From NCBI GenBank assembly GCA_016927655.1, contig JAFGMG010000005.1, forward strand, positions 11,991 to 75,990: DNA of 64,000 bases, given 5' to 3'. The position numbers were made by a program, and so were the translations under genes. Source of the stretch: Candidatus Dojkabacteria bacterium (GTDB lineage: Bacteria; Patescibacteriota; Dojkabacteria; B142; JAFGMG01). Shown here one piece after another: positions 39,968-50,510 of this stretch. The notes beneath the pieces are model-generated. The model worked only from the letters and a program-made list of their open reading frames with translations. It was not told where the DNA came from and ran no database searches. Position 1 is the first letter of the stretch. Every line of letters begins with the position of its first letter.

Positions 39968-42850
39968 ATGGCAAAGTATACAACTAAAATTAGAAAGAGA
40001 AAGAATACAAGAAATTATGCTTTGGGAAAATGGTCCAATGATAGAAATGTAAAAGGAAAGAAAAAGCTTAATAAAAAAAGACGTGAAAAGATAAAAAAAA
40101 TCGCATACACCGCGCTAGGAGCATTTGTAATTGCTTCTTTTGTGAGTATTGTCCTTGTATTATGGTATGTACAGCAAATCAGCAAAGACCTTCCGAGCCC
40201 TGACGAGCCATTTGGCTCTAAAAATTCAGCAAGTGTGATATACGACAGGAATGGCGAACAGCTTTATAAAGTCTATGGGAATGAGAATAGAGATCCATTG
40301 GAACTGCCGGAAGACGGTAAAATCACTGATGTGGTCACAAATGAAATGGTATGGGCTGTTCTGGCCGCTGAGGATATAGATTTTTATCAGCATCCCGGGT
40401 TTGATGTCACATCAACTACTAAGTGTGCATTTAAAAATGCTGCTGGGACGTCTGGCTGCGGTGGAAGCACAATTACTCAACAGCTAGTCAAGCAAACTGT
40501 ACTTACAAATGAAAAGAAAATTGAAAGAAAGGTAAAGGAATTGATTTTGGCCCTGCAGGTTGAGAGGAAATACAGCAAGGATCAAATTCTTGCTATGTAT
40601 ATGACAGTTGCCCCTATGGGAAGCAATGTCTATGGAGTCAATACCGGGGCAAGGTTTTATTTTGGGAAGGACCTGGATGAATTGACGCTTGCTGAAACTG
40701 CAGTGCTTGCATCCCTTCCGCAAAATCCTTCTGTTCTTTCCCCTACTCTTTCTACTGATCCGGAAGGATCAAAGGAGAAACTTGATACAAGAAAGAACTA
40801 TGTCCTTGATCAAATGCTCAAGTATAAAAACAAAATAAATCGTGAGGTTGGGGACGATCAGTTTATAACCGAGGAAAAAATTGAAGAAGCTAGAAATCAG
40901 GAACTAGTCTACATTGAGCCTAGGATTGATATTAAAGCTCCTCATTTTGTATTTTATGTGCAAAAGCTTTTGCAGGAAAGAGGATATAATGATGGAGTGC
41001 CATTTACATTAGCAGACCTTGAAACCAGCGGGTTGAAGATATACACGACAATGGATTATGAGCTTCAAAAATCTGCAGAAAAACAAGTACTTGAAAAGGG
41101 AGTTGGTAAATACGGAGCACAATATGGATCCAAAAATGCCGGAATGACAGTTGTCCGGCCAAGTACTGGAGAGGTACTCGTATACGTGGGTTCTAAAGAT
41201 TATTTTGCCGAAAAAGAGGGAAAACTGTTCGATCCAAAAGTCGATCTGCTTACTTCCCTGCAGCAGCCTGGATCATCCGCAAAACCAATTACTTACTATA
41301 ACGCATTCAACACAGCCGTTGCAGCACCAGGGACACAATTGATGGATATCCCTATTGAAATCGGAAATTACAAACCGAAAAATTCTGATGGATCATTTAG
41401 CGGAATTCATAGTGCCAGATATCATCTGGTACATTCCAAAAATATTCCTGCAATTGAACTTCTGATGGCAACTGGTGTCGCGCAATACATTGATACAGCC
41501 AAAACATTTGGCTATACAACTTTTGGTGAGCCGAGCAATTATGGCCCTGCAATCACCCTTGGAGCAGCTGATGTGAAGCCAATTGAGCATGCTGAAGCTT
41601 TCGGGGTCTTTGCAAATGGCGGAGATCATGTGCAGCACGAGGTTATTATGAAAATTGAAGACAAAAACGGGAAAGTAATATATGAAGCGGATCCTCAAAA
41701 AGAAAGAGTGGCAGATGAACGGGCAATTTATCTTGTAAATGACGTCTTAAAAGGAGTTCCAGTAGATGGGATCAATAATTTCAAGGGTGACGGCAGACAA
41801 GTTGCAGCTAAAACAGGAACTTCAGAAAGCCAGATAGATACCTGGTATGCTCTTTATAGTCCGGATTTTGTAGCAATTGGCTATCTTGGGAATAATGACA
41901 ATACTCCAATGAGAAGCGGAGCTTTTGGATCGACCAGTGTAAAACCATGGGTGCAGGAATATATGTCCTCGATTCTTGCTTATTTCCCCGAAAAAACTGC
42001 ATTCAGCAGACCCGGGGGCATTACTCAGAAGCAGATTTGCCAGGAAATAAGCGGCTCGAAGGTGTGTGAAGGAGAAAGCGATTTGATGATTGAAGGCAAA
42101 GAGCCGCCAGTTTATATTGCCAGAAAGAATTTTACAGTTTGCGATGATCAGCAGGATAGACTGGCAAGAGAAATAGATATTTCGACTGGCCACTCAATGG
42201 AAAAGACATTTACCAAATATCTAATGCCGGCAGAAGAACTTCAGGAATGGGCAGATAGATATCTCTCTGGTAAAGGGATGATTTTCCCGACAGAGCAATG
42301 TACGGTTGATCGAAGCCCAAATGAAGGAAAGCCCTGGGCAGTCGTCAGCTCTCCAACAACCGGAGGAACTTATACCGGAAATATGAGTGTGTCTTTCACA
42401 GCCTATACTACTGCTGGAATTGTTTCGAAAGTGGAAATCTATATAGATTCGACGAAATACGCCGAAACTACTACCTTGCCTTATTCCGGGACACTTGATA
42501 TCAGCGGTCTTTCGGCAGGAACACATACTCTGCGACTCAAAGTGTACGATAGTGTCGGGAACATGGGCGAAACGACAGTTAGTTTTGGAATTTCTAACGG
42601 AGGTTTTACTATCAATTCTCCAAGTGGAACTGATTTATCCAGTCCGGTAAATGTCAGTGCATCTTTCACAGGATCTGGGACTCCTTCAAATGTGAAGTTC
42701 TGTGTAAATGGGAGCTGTACAATATCTATGAGTGGTTCTGGAAGCGGCCCATACACAGCAACATGGAGTCCAAGCGCTGGTACTTATCAAATTCAGGTGA
42801 AATCGGACGGCGGCTACAGCAGCTCAGTAAAAACAGTCACGATTTTGTAG
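39968..42850 (+). CDS. ponA: bifunctional penicillin-binding protein 1A (glycosyltransferase + transpeptidase) with C-terminal Ig-like domains
   Basis: GT51 motif AAEDIDFYQHPG, transpeptidase PGSSAKP (SxxK), SxN/KTG, C-terminal repeated beta-sandwich (Thr/Ser-rich). Confidence 0.85.
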   Translation: MAKYTTKIRKRKNTRNYALGKWSNDRNVKGKKKLNKKRREKIKKIAYTALGAFVIASFVSIVLVLWYVQQISKDLPSPDEPFGSKNSASVIYDRNGEQLYKVYGNENRDPLELPEDGKITDVVTNEMVWAVLAAEDIDFYQHPGFDVTSTTKCAFKNAAGTSGCGGSTITQQLVKQTVLTNEKKIERKVKELILALQVERKYSKDQILAMYMTVAPMGSNVYGVNTGARFYFGKDLDELTLAETAVLASLPQNPSVLSPTLSTDPEGSKEKLDTRKNYVLDQMLKYKNKINREVGDDQFITEEKIEEARNQELVYIEPRIDIKAPHFVFYVQKLLQERGYNDGVPFTLADLETSGLKIYTTMDYELQKSAEKQVLEKGVGKYGAQYGSKNAGMTVVRPSTGEVLVYVGSKDYFAEKEGKLFDPKVDLLTSLQQPGSSAKPITYYNAFNTAVAAPGTQLMDIPIEIGNYKPKNSDGSFSGIHSARYHLVHSKNIPAIELLMATGVAQYIDTAKTFGYTTFGEPSNYGPAITLGAADVKPIEHAEAFGVFANGGDHVQHEVIMKIEDKNGKVIYEADPQKERVADERAIYLVNDVLKGVPVDGINNFKGDGRQVAAKTGTSESQIDTWYALYSPDFVAIGYLGNNDNTPMRSGAFGSTSVKPWVQEYMSSILAYFPEKTAFSRPGGITQKQICQEISGSKVCEGESDLMIEGKEPPVYIARKNFTVCDDQQDRLAREIDISTGHSMEKTFTKYLMPAEELQEWADRYLSGKGMIFPTEQCTVDRSPNEGKPWAVVSSPTTGGTYTGNMSVSFTAYTTAGIVSKVEIYIDSTKYAETTTLPYSGTLDISGLSAGTHTLRLKVYDSVGNMGETTVSFGISNGGFTINSPSGTDLSSPVNVSASFTGSGTPSNVKFCVNGSCTISMSGSGSGPYTATWSPSAGTYQIQVKSDGGYSSSVKTVTIL

Positions 42851-42855
42851 TGAAA

Positions 42856-45318
42856 TTATTTCCTAAGTTTTGCTTTGTGCTTAGTCTCAAGCGTTTTTGT
42901 AATGGTGGAGATCGCCTGTTCTACTCCTTTTTGATCAAGCGTTTCTGTGCTGGAGCGAAGGACTAAACTAAGGGTTATACTTTTTTCGTTTTTCCCTTTG
43001 ATATCTTCGTAAATATCGCTGATTTCAACTGTCTCGAGAATATCAAGAGCAAGTTCTTTAATGGTTCCAATTATCAGGCCGGTTTCGGTCCTTTCGGGTA
43101 CAAAGAAGCTTAGATCTCTATAGACTGCCGGGAAATCACTTGGATCTTTATATTCCGGCTCTTTTGATGTATTTAAAAGGCCGTCTATCTCAAATTCAAG
43201 AATGCTCAAGTTTCCATCAATTCCCCAATTATTCTTCGCGGATGGATGAATATTCCCGAATAGCCCGATTGGCTTTGAATCCAAAAAGATTACTCCGCTT
43301 TGCATAGGATGGGAAAATTTTTCTAATTTGAACACCGTCAGATCCTTGAGAAGCTCGGTTTTTATTGAAATTCCCAGATCATCTGCAAGCTGGTCAAGTA
43401 TGCCCTTGGTTTGTTTGAAAGTGTCCTTTGTCTGACTGTAAACTGCAATCCCCAGTCTAAAAGGCTGATTCGGAAGTTTCTCGTCGTTTTTGCTATATTT
43501 ATCAATGACTCTTGAAATTTCAAAAAGGGCAAAATTATCGCAGTGATTTTTCAAATTCAGCTTGATTTTTTCAACAAGCGATGGGCTGATCGAATGCCTG
43601 AGGTATTGAAGCTCAGGGCTTAGAGGATTTGTAATTTTTAGAAAGTCTTTGATCTCGAGATTTGATTTATTGATAATTTCTTCTCCAATCATTGTGTATG
43701 AATACATCTCGTCAATGCCGTACCCGGAAAGGAGGTTTTTCAGCTTTCTGATAAATAATCTCTTCGAATTATGATGTGAAGGGGTCAAATCCCTTGTCGG
43801 CAACGTCTTTGGCATATTATGAAATCCATGAATCCTTGCTATCTCCTCTACAATATCCTCTTCTATTTTTAAATCGCGCCTGAATGATGGAATTATCAAT
43901 CTGATTTTATTAGACTGATCTACTTGGCTCAAGTTATTTTCTTCGATCATTTCATCCCCAATTACTTCAATTTGAAGATTCTCAAGCGTACTGATGATTT
44001 CTTCTTTAGTAATGTCGATGCCTAGAATTTTTGCAACTGTGTTTAGATCAAATAGTATTTCTACTGGATTCTCAGGATTAGGATAAAGGTCTACAATTTG
44101 TGATGCAATTTCGCCCCCTGCTATGTCTATAATGGTATTCGCACCTACCTTAAGACATTCAGTAAGTCTTGTTGGATCGAGACCTTTTTCGAATCTCAGG
44201 CTCGCTTCTGTTCGAAGACCCAGGTCCCTTGATGTCCGTCTTATTTCAAACATGTTCCAGTTTTCAACTACAAGTGTTACGTTTTTTGTGCTATTTTCAA
44301 TCTCTGTTCTTTCTCCTCCCATAATTCCTGGAATCCCGATCGCCCCTTTATTGTCTGCTAGAACGATATGCGAGCTTTTTAATTTATAATTTTTGCCGTC
44401 TAGTGCTTTAATTTCTCCTGCGTCTTTCGCCATTCTAATCACGATTTTGCTGCCAGCGAGCTTGTCATAATCAAATGCATGAGCCGGCTGGCCGATATCT
44501 GCTGCCATGTAGTTTGTAGTATCAATGATATTATTGAGCGGACGTATCCCGGTGACTGCAAGCCTCGCCTGCATCCAGAATGGCGAAGGTTTGATCTGGA
44601 CATCTTTGATGCAAAGAGCTGTAAATCTCGGGCAAAAGTCTTGTTTGACTTTATATTCGACAGCTAAAGAAAGTCCCTCTGCTGTTTGAGTTATATTCTC
44701 TTGAAGTTCATGACTCTCTTCAAGCTTGAGATTTAGAATGGTCGATAATTCTCTTGCGATGCCAAGATGCGAAAATGTATCCGGTCTGTGAGTGAGTGCC
44801 TTGTTTTCTATTTCAAGAATGCTGTCTTTGAGATATTCATCAAGACTTTTGCCTAGCTGTTCTTCTGGATCTAGGATCATTACCTGTTTGTGCTCGTCTA
44901 CAAGCCCAAGCTCTTTAATTGAACAAAGAACTCCCTGGGAATTTATTCCGTCAATCTCTTTTTCAGTTATCTGAAGTGACTTTTGACTGCCAAATTCACC
45001 CGCTGGATCAAGAATGCTCCCTCCCGGCAGGCACACGGGGACTTTGTCCCCTGCCTGGACTTTTTCTCCGCCGCCATGAATTATCTGCTTTGTGGTGTTT
45101 GAATTTATTTTTACCTGGCATATCTGCAGTTTGTCATTTTTGGGATGTGGTTCTGCGGAAACAATTTCGCCAACGACGATGCTATTTACACCTTCCCCGA
45201 CTCTTGTTACTCGTTCGACCTCAGCAATTGAATTGCTCAATTCTTCAGCCACCATATTTGCATCCACTTGATCGATTGTCGGAAGGTATTGTTGCAGCCA
45301 GTTTAATGAAATTAACAA
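42856..45318 (-). CDS. pheT: phenylalanine--tRNA ligase beta subunit
   Basis: 820 aa, B3/B4, B5, FDX-ACB domain order. Confidence 0.9.
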   Translation of the reverse strand: MLISLNWLQQYLPTIDQVDANMVAEELSNSIAEVERVTRVGEGVNSIVVGEIVSAEPHPKNDKLQICQVKINSNTTKQIIHGGGEKVQAGDKVPVCLPGGSILDPAGEFGSQKSLQITEKEIDGINSQGVLCSIKELGLVDEHKQVMILDPEEQLGKSLDEYLKDSILEIENKALTHRPDTFSHLGIARELSTILNLKLEESHELQENITQTAEGLSLAVEYKVKQDFCPRFTALCIKDVQIKPSPFWMQARLAVTGIRPLNNIIDTTNYMAADIGQPAHAFDYDKLAGSKIVIRMAKDAGEIKALDGKNYKLKSSHIVLADNKGAIGIPGIMGGERTEIENSTKNVTLVVENWNMFEIRRTSRDLGLRTEASLRFEKGLDPTRLTECLKVGANTIIDIAGGEIASQIVDLYPNPENPVEILFDLNTVAKILGIDITKEEIISTLENLQIEVIGDEMIEENNLSQVDQSNKIRLIIPSFRRDLKIEEDIVEEIARIHGFHNMPKTLPTRDLTPSHHNSKRLFIRKLKNLLSGYGIDEMYSYTMIGEEIINKSNLEIKDFLKITNPLSPELQYLRHSISPSLVEKIKLNLKNHCDNFALFEISRVIDKYSKNDEKLPNQPFRLGIAVYSQTKDTFKQTKGILDQLADDLGISIKTELLKDLTVFKLEKFSHPMQSGVIFLDSKPIGLFGNIHPSAKNNWGIDGNLSILEFEIDGLLNTSKEPEYKDPSDFPAVYRDLSFFVPERTETGLIIGTIKELALDILETVEISDIYEDIKGKNEKSITLSLVLRSSTETLDQKGVEQAISTITKTLETKHKAKLRK

Positions 45319-45334
45319 AGCATAAATTTAATAA

Positions 45335-46420
45335 TTAGTTGAACTGTTTGATAAATCTTAAATCCCCTTTGTGAAAAAGTCTGATGTCATTGATATTGTG
45401 CTTGAGCATGATCAGTCTTTCAAGGCCGAAACCCCATGCAAAGCCCGTGTAGCTGGTCGAATCAATTCCGGCCATTTCAAGGACTTTGGGATGTATCATC
45501 CCACAGCCTAGAATTTCCAGCCAGCCGCTTCCCTTGCAGACTTTGCAGCCTTTCCCGTCACAAAGTACACAGGTCAAGGCAATCTGCCCCCCAGGCTCGA
45601 CAAATGGGAAATAATCAGGAATAAATTTCACGTCAATGTCTTTTTCAAAAAATGCTTCAAAATACGTTTTCAGAGTTCCAAGCATATCTGTCATTGTTAT
45701 GCCTTTATCGACATAAATACCTTCAACTTGATAAAAAGTATGTTCGTGTCTGGCATCGGTTGCTTCATTCCTGAAGCATTTGCCTGGGACTATTATTCGA
45801 ATCGGCGGTTTTTTGTTTTTCATAACCCTGTTTTGCATTGATGATGTGTGCGTGATCAGGACATTTTTGTCTTCTGTCCAAAATGTGTCCCATGCATCTC
45901 TTGCGGGGTGGCCTTTTGGGATATTTACACTCTCGAAATTATGGTAATCGTCGTCAATCTCGTATGGCATCTCAACTTCAAATCCCATATTTACAAAAAT
46001 GTCTTCTGTTTTCTGCATTAGCTGGGTGATTGGGTGAAGAGAACCTCTCTGTGGTCTAACGCCCGGTGCTGTTACGTCTTTCCAGTCTTCTTTGAGATTT
46101 TTTTCCAGTTTTTGATTTTCGATTGTTTTTGTTGCGGTTTCAACCAGGCTTTCAATTCCTGCTTTCACTTCGTTTGCCCTTTTGCCTACCTCTGCTCTGT
46201 CTTCTTGTTTAACCTCTTTTACTTTTTTGAGAATATCTGTAAGTGCTGATTTGCGCCCCAGATATTTTGTTCTAAGCTCATCCAGCTTTTTGCTGTCTGT
46301 GACATTTTTGAAATCGTCTCTTGCGCAACTTCCAAGCTTGTCTAAGTTGTCTAAAACTTCGTTTTTCATTATGATGTATCTTAACGCTGTAATTATATTC
46401 ATAAATGAATCAAACGGCAA
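45335..46420 (-). CDS. pheS: phenylalanine--tRNA ligase alpha subunit (probable start MKNEVLDNL ~46369)
   Basis: class II motifs FRNEATDARHEHTFYQVEG, GFAWGFGLERL; Cys4 insertion CVLCDGKGCKVCKGSG. Confidence 0.9.
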   Translation of the reverse strand: MPFDSFMNIITALRYIIMKNEVLDNLDKLGSCARDDFKNVTDSKKLDELRTKYLGRKSALTDILKKVKEVKQEDRAEVGKRANEVKAGIESLVETATKTIENQKLEKNLKEDWKDVTAPGVRPQRGSLHPITQLMQKTEDIFVNMGFEVEMPYEIDDDYHNFESVNIPKGHPARDAWDTFWTEDKNVLITHTSSMQNRVMKNKKPPIRIIVPGKCFRNEATDARHEHTFYQVEGIYVDKGITMTDMLGTLKTYFEAFFEKDIDVKFIPDYFPFVEPGGQIALTCVLCDGKGCKVCKGSGWLEILGCGMIHPKVLEMAGIDSTSYTGFAWGFGLERLIMLKHNINDIRLFHKGDLRFIKQFN

Positions 46421-48264
46421 GAAGAACGCAAACTATCGCAATTATTGGGATGATTATCTTGATTGTAGCTATTCCTTTTACTATTGCTGCAATCAATCTA
46501 TTTCTTGATATCAGCTCACAAGCTGACCCGCAGAAAACTCCAGTCGAGGTTGTGATTTCTAACAAAAGCGAGAGTTCCGTAACTATTTCGTGGGTGACTG
46601 AATTGGATAGTGAGGGCCTGGTGCAGTATGGGACTTCTGAGGATAGCCTGAATCTTGTCGGGAATGATCTTAGAGATCTTGGGGGTGACAGCCTTAATGG
46701 GTACAAAACGCATATAGTCACTCTTCGGAATTTGAGTCCATCAACGGAATACTTCTACAAAATACTTTCGGATGGTGAAGAATATGTCGAAGGAACAGGA
46801 AGCTTTCAGACCTTCGCTGTTGAAAGCAGCGTGGGCGTTCCCAAGACTTTAAAAGGCAGCGTTGGATCCTCAAGTCCGTACGCTCTTGTGTATACTTATG
46901 CTACGAACAACCGGACCAGATCTGAAATTAGATCAACTTATACTTCTGCCAATGGAACTTTCACTTTTGATATTGCAAATTTGCGGACTGAGGATGGAAG
47001 TTCAACAATGCCAACTGAGGGAGTAAAACTAGTTACTTATGTAAATGCATCCGATCTTGGAAAGATCCGCAAAATTCATGATGTTGATGAAGATCCGGGA
47101 GATCTAAGTCTTGGGACTGAAGATATTGCCTTTGATTATAACGTGCAGGTCACTCTAGACGATGTGGCTGACGATACTGGCGGTGACACTACCCCAACTC
47201 CAACACCAACTACTCCGAAGCCTTCTACCACGACTCCGACAATTACTGCAAATCGTGTCAGCCTTGTAGATCCGACAATCCCCGAGAATATTTTTGTCAG
47301 TAATATCAATACAACCAGTTTTACGGTAAATTGGATTACAAAACAGCCGACTAGCGGATATCTGACCTACGGAGAAACAAGCACTAGTCTCTCAAAGGCA
47401 GTTCTGGACATACGTGATAGCTCAAAGGACATAGAAAGATTTACTCATAGTGTGAAAGTTACTAAGTCTGATCTTGAGGCTGGGGATATTTTATATTACA
47501 AAATTGTCTCGGAAGAAAAATCCTACGGCAGCTCAGGAACGACGGGAAGCTCTGCTTATGAGTTTGAGGCGCCGGCGATTTTAGACTCTCCTCCAACTCC
47601 CGATGCGGTGACCGGCATTTTGAATTATCTTTCTGGCAGCAGATTGTCTAATGAAAAGCGGGATTTTATCATCTACGGCCGGCTGGAAGATGCAAATGCG
47701 AACGTTTCCTCGTATATTTCTACAGTACCTGCCTATGAGAGTAATGGATGGACACTGGCATTGAATGCCAGGAAAGCAGATTTGAGTGATAGTTTTGACG
47801 ACGCAACTGAAATTGGTTTGGAAGTCGTTGGTGAATACAATTCGAATTCCAGCAGAAATGTCACGATATCTGAAGATACCGTGCAGATTGCGGTAAATCC
47901 GGGGTTAAGCCTTGATACACTTCGTCACAATGAATCTTATCCTACCGTTACAAAACTTGCGGGGACTGCTACTCCGAATGCATCTGTGAAAGTTACTATT
48001 GACGGTTCAAATGACACGATTGCAGCGACTGCAGATTCGACAGGCGAATGGGAAAGTGGTGCGGTTTCGTTTGATCAGGATACATATATTATTGGTGTTT
48101 CTGATTCAAATCAGGCGATGACTCTTAGTTTTGTGGTGGATTTGTCTGCTCTGCCGGCGACTGGCCTGGGACGCAACGAAATGATAATCATTGCGGGGAT
48201 CGCACTGGTAGTGCTTGGTATTGGACTTCGGTATTGGGGAGTCAAGCAAAAGGTTCTTACTTAA
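46405..48264 (+). CDS. cell-wall-anchored surface protein with two FN3-like domains and LPXTG-type sorting signal
   Basis: N-terminal signal anchor, FN3/purple-acid-phosphatase-N-like domains, TPTPTPTTPKPSTTTP linker, C-terminal LPATG + hydrophobic stretch + RYWGVKQK tail. Confidence 0.6.
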   Translation: MNQTARRTQTIAIIGMIILIVAIPFTIAAINLFLDISSQADPQKTPVEVVISNKSESSVTISWVTELDSEGLVQYGTSEDSLNLVGNDLRDLGGDSLNGYKTHIVTLRNLSPSTEYFYKILSDGEEYVEGTGSFQTFAVESSVGVPKTLKGSVGSSSPYALVYTYATNNRTRSEIRSTYTSANGTFTFDIANLRTEDGSSTMPTEGVKLVTYVNASDLGKIRKIHDVDEDPGDLSLGTEDIAFDYNVQVTLDDVADDTGGDTTPTPTPTTPKPSTTTPTITANRVSLVDPTIPENIFVSNINTTSFTVNWITKQPTSGYLTYGETSTSLSKAVLDIRDSSKDIERFTHSVKVTKSDLEAGDILYYKIVSEEKSYGSSGTTGSSAYEFEAPAILDSPPTPDAVTGILNYLSGSRLSNEKRDFIIYGRLEDANANVSSYISTVPAYESNGWTLALNARKADLSDSFDDATEIGLEVVGEYNSNSSRNVTISEDTVQIAVNPGLSLDTLRHNESYPTVTKLAGTATPNASVKVTIDGSNDTIAATADSTGEWESGAVSFDQDTYIIGVSDSNQAMTLSFVVDLSALPATGLGRNEMIIIAGIALVVLGIGLRYWGVKQKVLT

Positions 48265-48598
48265 CCTTTTTTACAATAGCTTTGAAAGTCTCCGGGTATT
48301 CGAATGCCAGTTCTGAGAGAATTTTCCTGTCTAATTCGATATTCGCTTTCTTTAAATTGCCAATAAACGTGCTGTATTTCATTTTTTCAGTAGAAAGAGC
48401 GGCATTGATTCTCTGGATCCAAAGCCTTCTGAATTGTCCTTTTCTTTTCTTCCTGTGAGCGAAACTGTACTGTCCAGCGTGAAGCCTGGCTTCTTTGGCT
48501 CTTTTTACCAGCTTGCTATAGCTTAGTCTGTAGCCTTTTGTCAGTTTAAGAATTTTATTATGTTTGGCTTTTTTGGTCTTTCCTCTTTTAATTCTCAT
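48257..48598 (-). CDS. rplT: 50S ribosomal protein L20
   Basis: MRIKRGKTKKAKHNKILKLTKGY. Confidence 0.9.
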   Translation of the reverse strand: MRIKRGKTKKAKHNKILKLTKGYRLSYSKLVKRAKEARLHAGQYSFAHRKKRKGQFRRLWIQRINAALSTEKMKYSTFIGNLKKANIELDRKILSELAFEYPETFKAIVKKVK

Positions 48599-48801
48599 TT
48601 GTTAGTGATTAATTTTTTAAGTGCCTTTATTTGTGTCCTGGAGCCTAGCTGGCTTCTTTTTCCCTGCCTGTTTTTTGTTCTGTTGGATTTGTTGGCCTTC
48701 AAGTGGTCATTGTCGTACTGTCTCTTGTGTACAAGCTTGCCTGACGCGGTTTTTTTGAACCTTTTTGCTGTTGCTTTGTGTGTTTTAATTCCTTTTCCCA
48801 T
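48595..48801 (-). CDS. rpmI: 50S ribosomal protein L35
   Basis: MGKGIKTHKATAKRFKKTASGK. Confidence 0.85.
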   Translation of the reverse strand: MGKGIKTHKATAKRFKKTASGKLVHKRQYDNDHLKANKSNRTKNRQGKRSQLGSRTQIKALKKLITNK

Positions 48802-48811
48802 GTTTTTGATT

Positions 48812-49378
48812 TTAACTTTTTTTAGGTCGTAAAATTAATGACAGATTTCTTCCTTCTCTTTTTGGCGGGTCATCGTTTGGTTCAAATTTACCTTCCATTT
48901 TGGTAAGAATTCTCTGGATCAGATCGTTCATCTGTTCGTTTTGAGTTCTTCCAACGGGTCTGATTTGAATTTTGACCGGATGCCTTTTTTCTAAAAATTC
49001 TGTAACTTTCTTTAGTTTGTGATTCAGATCTCCCTCTTCGATATGAACTTTGAACCACATTTCTTTCTGCTCTGCTGATTTGTTCTTCTTGGCGTCTCTC
49101 TTTTTCTTTGTTATCTCGTATTTGTATTTCGAAAATGACATGATTTTGGCTACCGGTGGATTGGCTTTTGGTGAGATTTCTATCAGATCAAGTCCATCTT
49201 CCAATGCTAGCCTTACTGCTTCTTTTGTATCCATTTCTCCGAGTGGTTCTTCTGCTCCATCACGTAATACAAAAACTCTTTCTGCTTGTATATAGTGATT
49301 TTTGTTCACTCTGATCTGGGGTTCTGGTTGTTTGTAGCCCCCTCTTCTAAACTTTCTTATATCTAAACAAGTTAACAA
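48812..49378 (-). CDS. infC: translation initiation factor IF-3 (probable non-canonical AUA/AUU/UUG start)
   Basis: IRVNKNHYIQAERVFVLRDGAEEPLGEMDTKEAVRLA N-domain, C-domain KxxxRxxxxGR. Confidence 0.85.
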   Translation of the reverse strand: MLTCLDIRKFRRGGYKQPEPQIRVNKNHYIQAERVFVLRDGAEEPLGEMDTKEAVRLALEDGLDLIEISPKANPPVAKIMSFSKYKYEITKKKRDAKKNKSAEQKEMWFKVHIEEGDLNHKLKKVTEFLEKRHPVKIQIRPVGRTQNEQMNDLIQRILTKMEGKFEPNDDPPKREGRNLSLILRPKKS

Positions 49379-49431
49379 TTACTAGGGTGATTTTAACAGA
49401 GACGGTGGGAATTCTCAACTGTTTGGTTGGA

Positions 49432-50085
49432 TTAATTGTCATAAACTCCTTGGACGAAATAGATGTCCGGTAGATCCCATCGGGCTTCTTTAAACGCTCT
49501 AATCGCCCTAAGTTCGATCGAGGATGTTGTCATAGAATATTGATCTCTAAAAATAGGTGTTTCTGTAGGACAAAACGCCATTGCGATATTTTTTCCTTGT
49601 TTTTTTGTCTCGTAAATAATGGGTAGAAGATGAGTCATTGTGTCCCAAATCCTTTTTTCCCAATAGGCTTGATTCTCTTTGGGCCCTGCTAGGTCTTGTA
49701 TATATTTATATTGAGATTCTGTAAATTCCCATATTATATCTCCTCTTCTATCGGGGTTTTTTCCATCTGCGATTAACTTGGTGCTATATGCATCATTCCA
49801 TGGACACATTTTTCGCGATTCTGTACAGTAATCTTCTATGACCCCAGAATACTGATCATCTGATGGACCAAATACATAAACTGCATCGTATCCTTCCGCG
49901 AGGTCGGGGAGTTCACCTGCATCTATGACTTTTATCTGGCCAGGATTTTCGCCGATTAGGTCTAGAATGCCTGGTTCGCTGTCGGTTATATTTTGTTGTT
50001 GTTCTGGGCTTAAAGTTGTCATTATATACGAGAAGTATATATAGTCATCATAGCATTTTTGCGACAGTTTTTCACTATATTTCAT
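49432..50085 (-). CDS. hypothetical protein (island gene 1)
   Basis: 217 aa, no recognisable motifs; compositionally less AT-rich than flanking housekeeping genes. Confidence 0.35.
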   Translation of the reverse strand: MKYSEKLSQKCYDDYIYFSYIMTTLSPEQQQNITDSEPGILDLIGENPGQIKVIDAGELPDLAEGYDAVYVFGPSDDQYSGVIEDYCTESRKMCPWNDAYSTKLIADGKNPDRRGDIIWEFTESQYKYIQDLAGPKENQAYWEKRIWDTMTHLLPIIYETKKQGKNIAMAFCPTETPIFRDQYSMTTSSIELRAIRAFKEARWDLPDIYFVQGVYDN

Positions 50086-50138
50086 GTTTTGTAAGTCTTT
50101 ATATTCTGGTATTATCGGGTAGTTTTTAGGTTGGAATT

Positions 50139-50510
50139 ATGGGTGATGAATTGATGGCGCCTGAAGGACAGGAGTCATTGCGAACAAAATTAGTCAAACA
50201 CTATATGGATGAAGGATACACAATGCTTAGTGAAGATCAGAGGCCTGATCAAGTTAAAATGGCTTGCAATATAGTGCAAGCTTCTTTGTCGTTTAGATCG
50301 ATTCAAACAGTTAATACTGACTTTCAAAATAGGCTAACTGAATATGAATCAGTTGTTTTAGCTGGGCCGGTGAATAACCCGCAAAGTGGTTTTGTAGAGG
50401 TTGTGGGGGTCGATATATTGAATACGAAACAGTTGGAAGAAGCAAAAAAGAGGCTAGATGGAGCAAAGAATATGTTCGTGGTGGTGGATGTGTTGGTGAA
50501 GGATAGGTGA
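50139..50510 (+). CDS. hypothetical protein (island gene 2)
   Basis: 123 aa; preceded 22 nt upstream by TGGTATTAT extended -10. Confidence 0.3.
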   Translation: MGDELMAPEGQESLRTKLVKHYMDEGYTMLSEDQRPDQVKMACNIVQASLSFRSIQTVNTDFQNRLTEYESVVLAGPVNNPQSGFVEVVGVDILNTKQLEEAKKRLDGAKNMFVVVDVLVKDR

